A stretch of 32,000 bases of DNA. Origin: an uncultured Ruminococcus sp. (GTDB taxonomy: Bacteria > Bacillota > Clostridia > Oscillospirales > Ruminococcaceae). Shown one piece after another: positions 31,040-32,000 of this stretch. Every line of letters begins with the position of its first letter. The first letter of the stretch is position 1. The DNA lies in assembly GCA_934435205.1 (NCBI GenBank), contig CAKSAK010000005.1, forward strand, positions 23,906 through 55,905, in the 5' to 3' direction. The translations under genes and the position numbers were made by a program. A model generated the notes under the pieces. It was not told the DNA's origin. It did not search any database and saw nothing but the letters and a program-made list of their open reading frames with translations.

Positions 31040-32000
31040 TTGATAATATACGGAAACAGCGAGCCTCGCAGGCTCGTATCTGAGATGATAAAAAAGAAAC
31101 GAGAGCCCCACTCCATAATGATACACGGTGAAAAGGGGCTTGGAAAAAAGACCCTTGCACGCTGGATAGCGGCGGCACTCTTGTGCGAACGTCAGACAGG
31201 CGAGCCTTGCGGCATTTGCAGAACTTGCAGAATGATAGCCGACGGAGCTCACCCTGACGTTATGGTGGCAAAGGCAAACAGCAACGGCAACTATATCGTT
31301 GACGATTCTATCAGACCTATAGTTGCGGAAGCTCCCGTTGCACCGAACGAGGCGAGAATGAAAGTATACATTATCCCTGACCTTGACTTGTCGGTGAACA
31401 CTGTTATTCAGGTGCAGAACATTCTGCTGAAAGTCATTGAAGAACCACCTGAGCATACTGCTATAATACTTACGGCGAGGAGCAAGGAAATTTTTCTGCC
31501 GACCATAATCTCACGAGTGCTTTCCCTTGGCATGACCTCTGTCACGGAGGCGGAGAGCATGGCGTGTTTGCAGGAGAAATATCCTGCCGTTGCCCCTGCA
31601 CTCATAAGCGAAGCTGTTTCAGCAGGGCGTGGAAATATCGGCAGATGTGTCGAGTATCTTGAACACTCCCAGTTTTTTGACAGCGTGAAGCTTGCAAGAG
31701 GTCTGTGCGACGCAATGTGTGGTGGAAACGAATATGACGTTTTGAAAACGCTATTTGCGGCAGACGGCAAAAAAGCGTTGCTGAGAGAGGGGCTGAGCCT
31801 TTTTCAGGAGATACTCCGTGACAGTGCGGCATTCAGGCTCGGGGGAGAAAGCGAAAAGTCTGTGAGCTGTGCAAAAGAGGGTGCAAAGACGCTCAGCAGA
31901 AGCCTTTCCTCAGATCAGGCGGTCAGGCTTTACGATATAGTTTCAGACTACATAGGCAGGATCGACGCAAACTGCAACATAAGCCTGACTATAAACAGTC
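31040..32000 (+). CDS. holB: DNA polymerase III delta-prime subunit; 3' end runs off the right edge
   Basis: Absent from the ORF track (TTG start, no stop in the window). My translation reads LIIYGNSEPRRLVSEMIKKKREPHSIMIHGEKGLGKKTLARWIAAALLCERQTGEPCGICRTCRMIADGAHPDVMV...LLKVIEEPPEHTAIILTA...SR. P-loop-like region, Zn module CxxCxxC, and an SRC-like motif. Confidence 0.85.
   Translation, partial: MIIYGNSEPRRLVSEMIKKKREPHSIMIHGEKGLGKKTLARWIAAALLCERQTGEPCGICRTCRMIADGAHPDVMVAKANSNGNYIVDDSIRPIVAEAPVAPNEARMKVYIIPDLDLSVNTVIQVQNILLKVIEEPPEHTAIILTARSKEIFLPTIISRVLSLGMTSVTEAESMACLQEKYPAVAPALISEAVSAGRGNIGRCVEYLEHSQFFDSVKLARGLCDAMCGGNEYDVLKTLFAADGKKALLREGLSLFQEILRDSAAFRLGGESEKSVSCAKEGAKTLSRSLSSDQAVRLYDIVSDYIGRIDANCNISLTINS

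Noticed and set aside
30974-31832. Three minus-strand ORFs (76-160 aa)
   Set aside because: They are antisense to the uninterrupted holB frame that I translated from the TTG at 31040. Their sequences are Arg/Ser/Cys-rich with no motifs.

Overview
Chromosomal segment that looks like Clostridia, possibly Oscillospiraceae/Ruminococcus. That placement is inferred only from gene content, pilin type and repeat style. The backbone is housekeeping: uvrC (partial), an L,D-transpeptidase, ilvE, a sirtuin, a heterodimeric ABC exporter pair, a histidine phosphatase, a MATE exporter, metG, tRNA-Arg(CCG), a K+/H+ antiporter, and yaaO-like decarboxylase - darA - holB (partial). Three accessory stretches interrupt it. 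(1) 14.6-20.1 kb, next to the tRNA: a hairpin-repeat array, an orphan XRE/ImmA pair with a divergent sigma-region-4-like gene, a markedly AT-rich GT-C membrane glycosyltransferase, an unannotated 28-aa hydrophobic peptide with a convergent antisense RNA (type I toxin-antitoxin-like), and two tandem type IV pilin genes that each have a consensus promoter. (2) 20.4-25.2 kb: a lipoprotein solute-binding protein translationally coupled to a Cache-type membrane receptor carrying a degenerate GGDEF domain, plus an AraC-HTH::GGDEF fusion on the same strand. I flag this as a candidate three-component sensor that works without phosphotransfer. (3) 27.4-28.6 kb: an overlapping DUF896 - WYL regulator operon. 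The intergenic spacers contain at least 10 copies of a GTAG-headed, REP-like hairpin family (...GCCCCTAC) with covarying stems, a 9-unit heptamer repeat upstream of the metG promoter, and a 174-bp element bounded by inverted repeats. No CRISPR array, rRNA, transposase or integrase is visible. All calls come from reading the sequence and ORF translations by eye. No searches were run.
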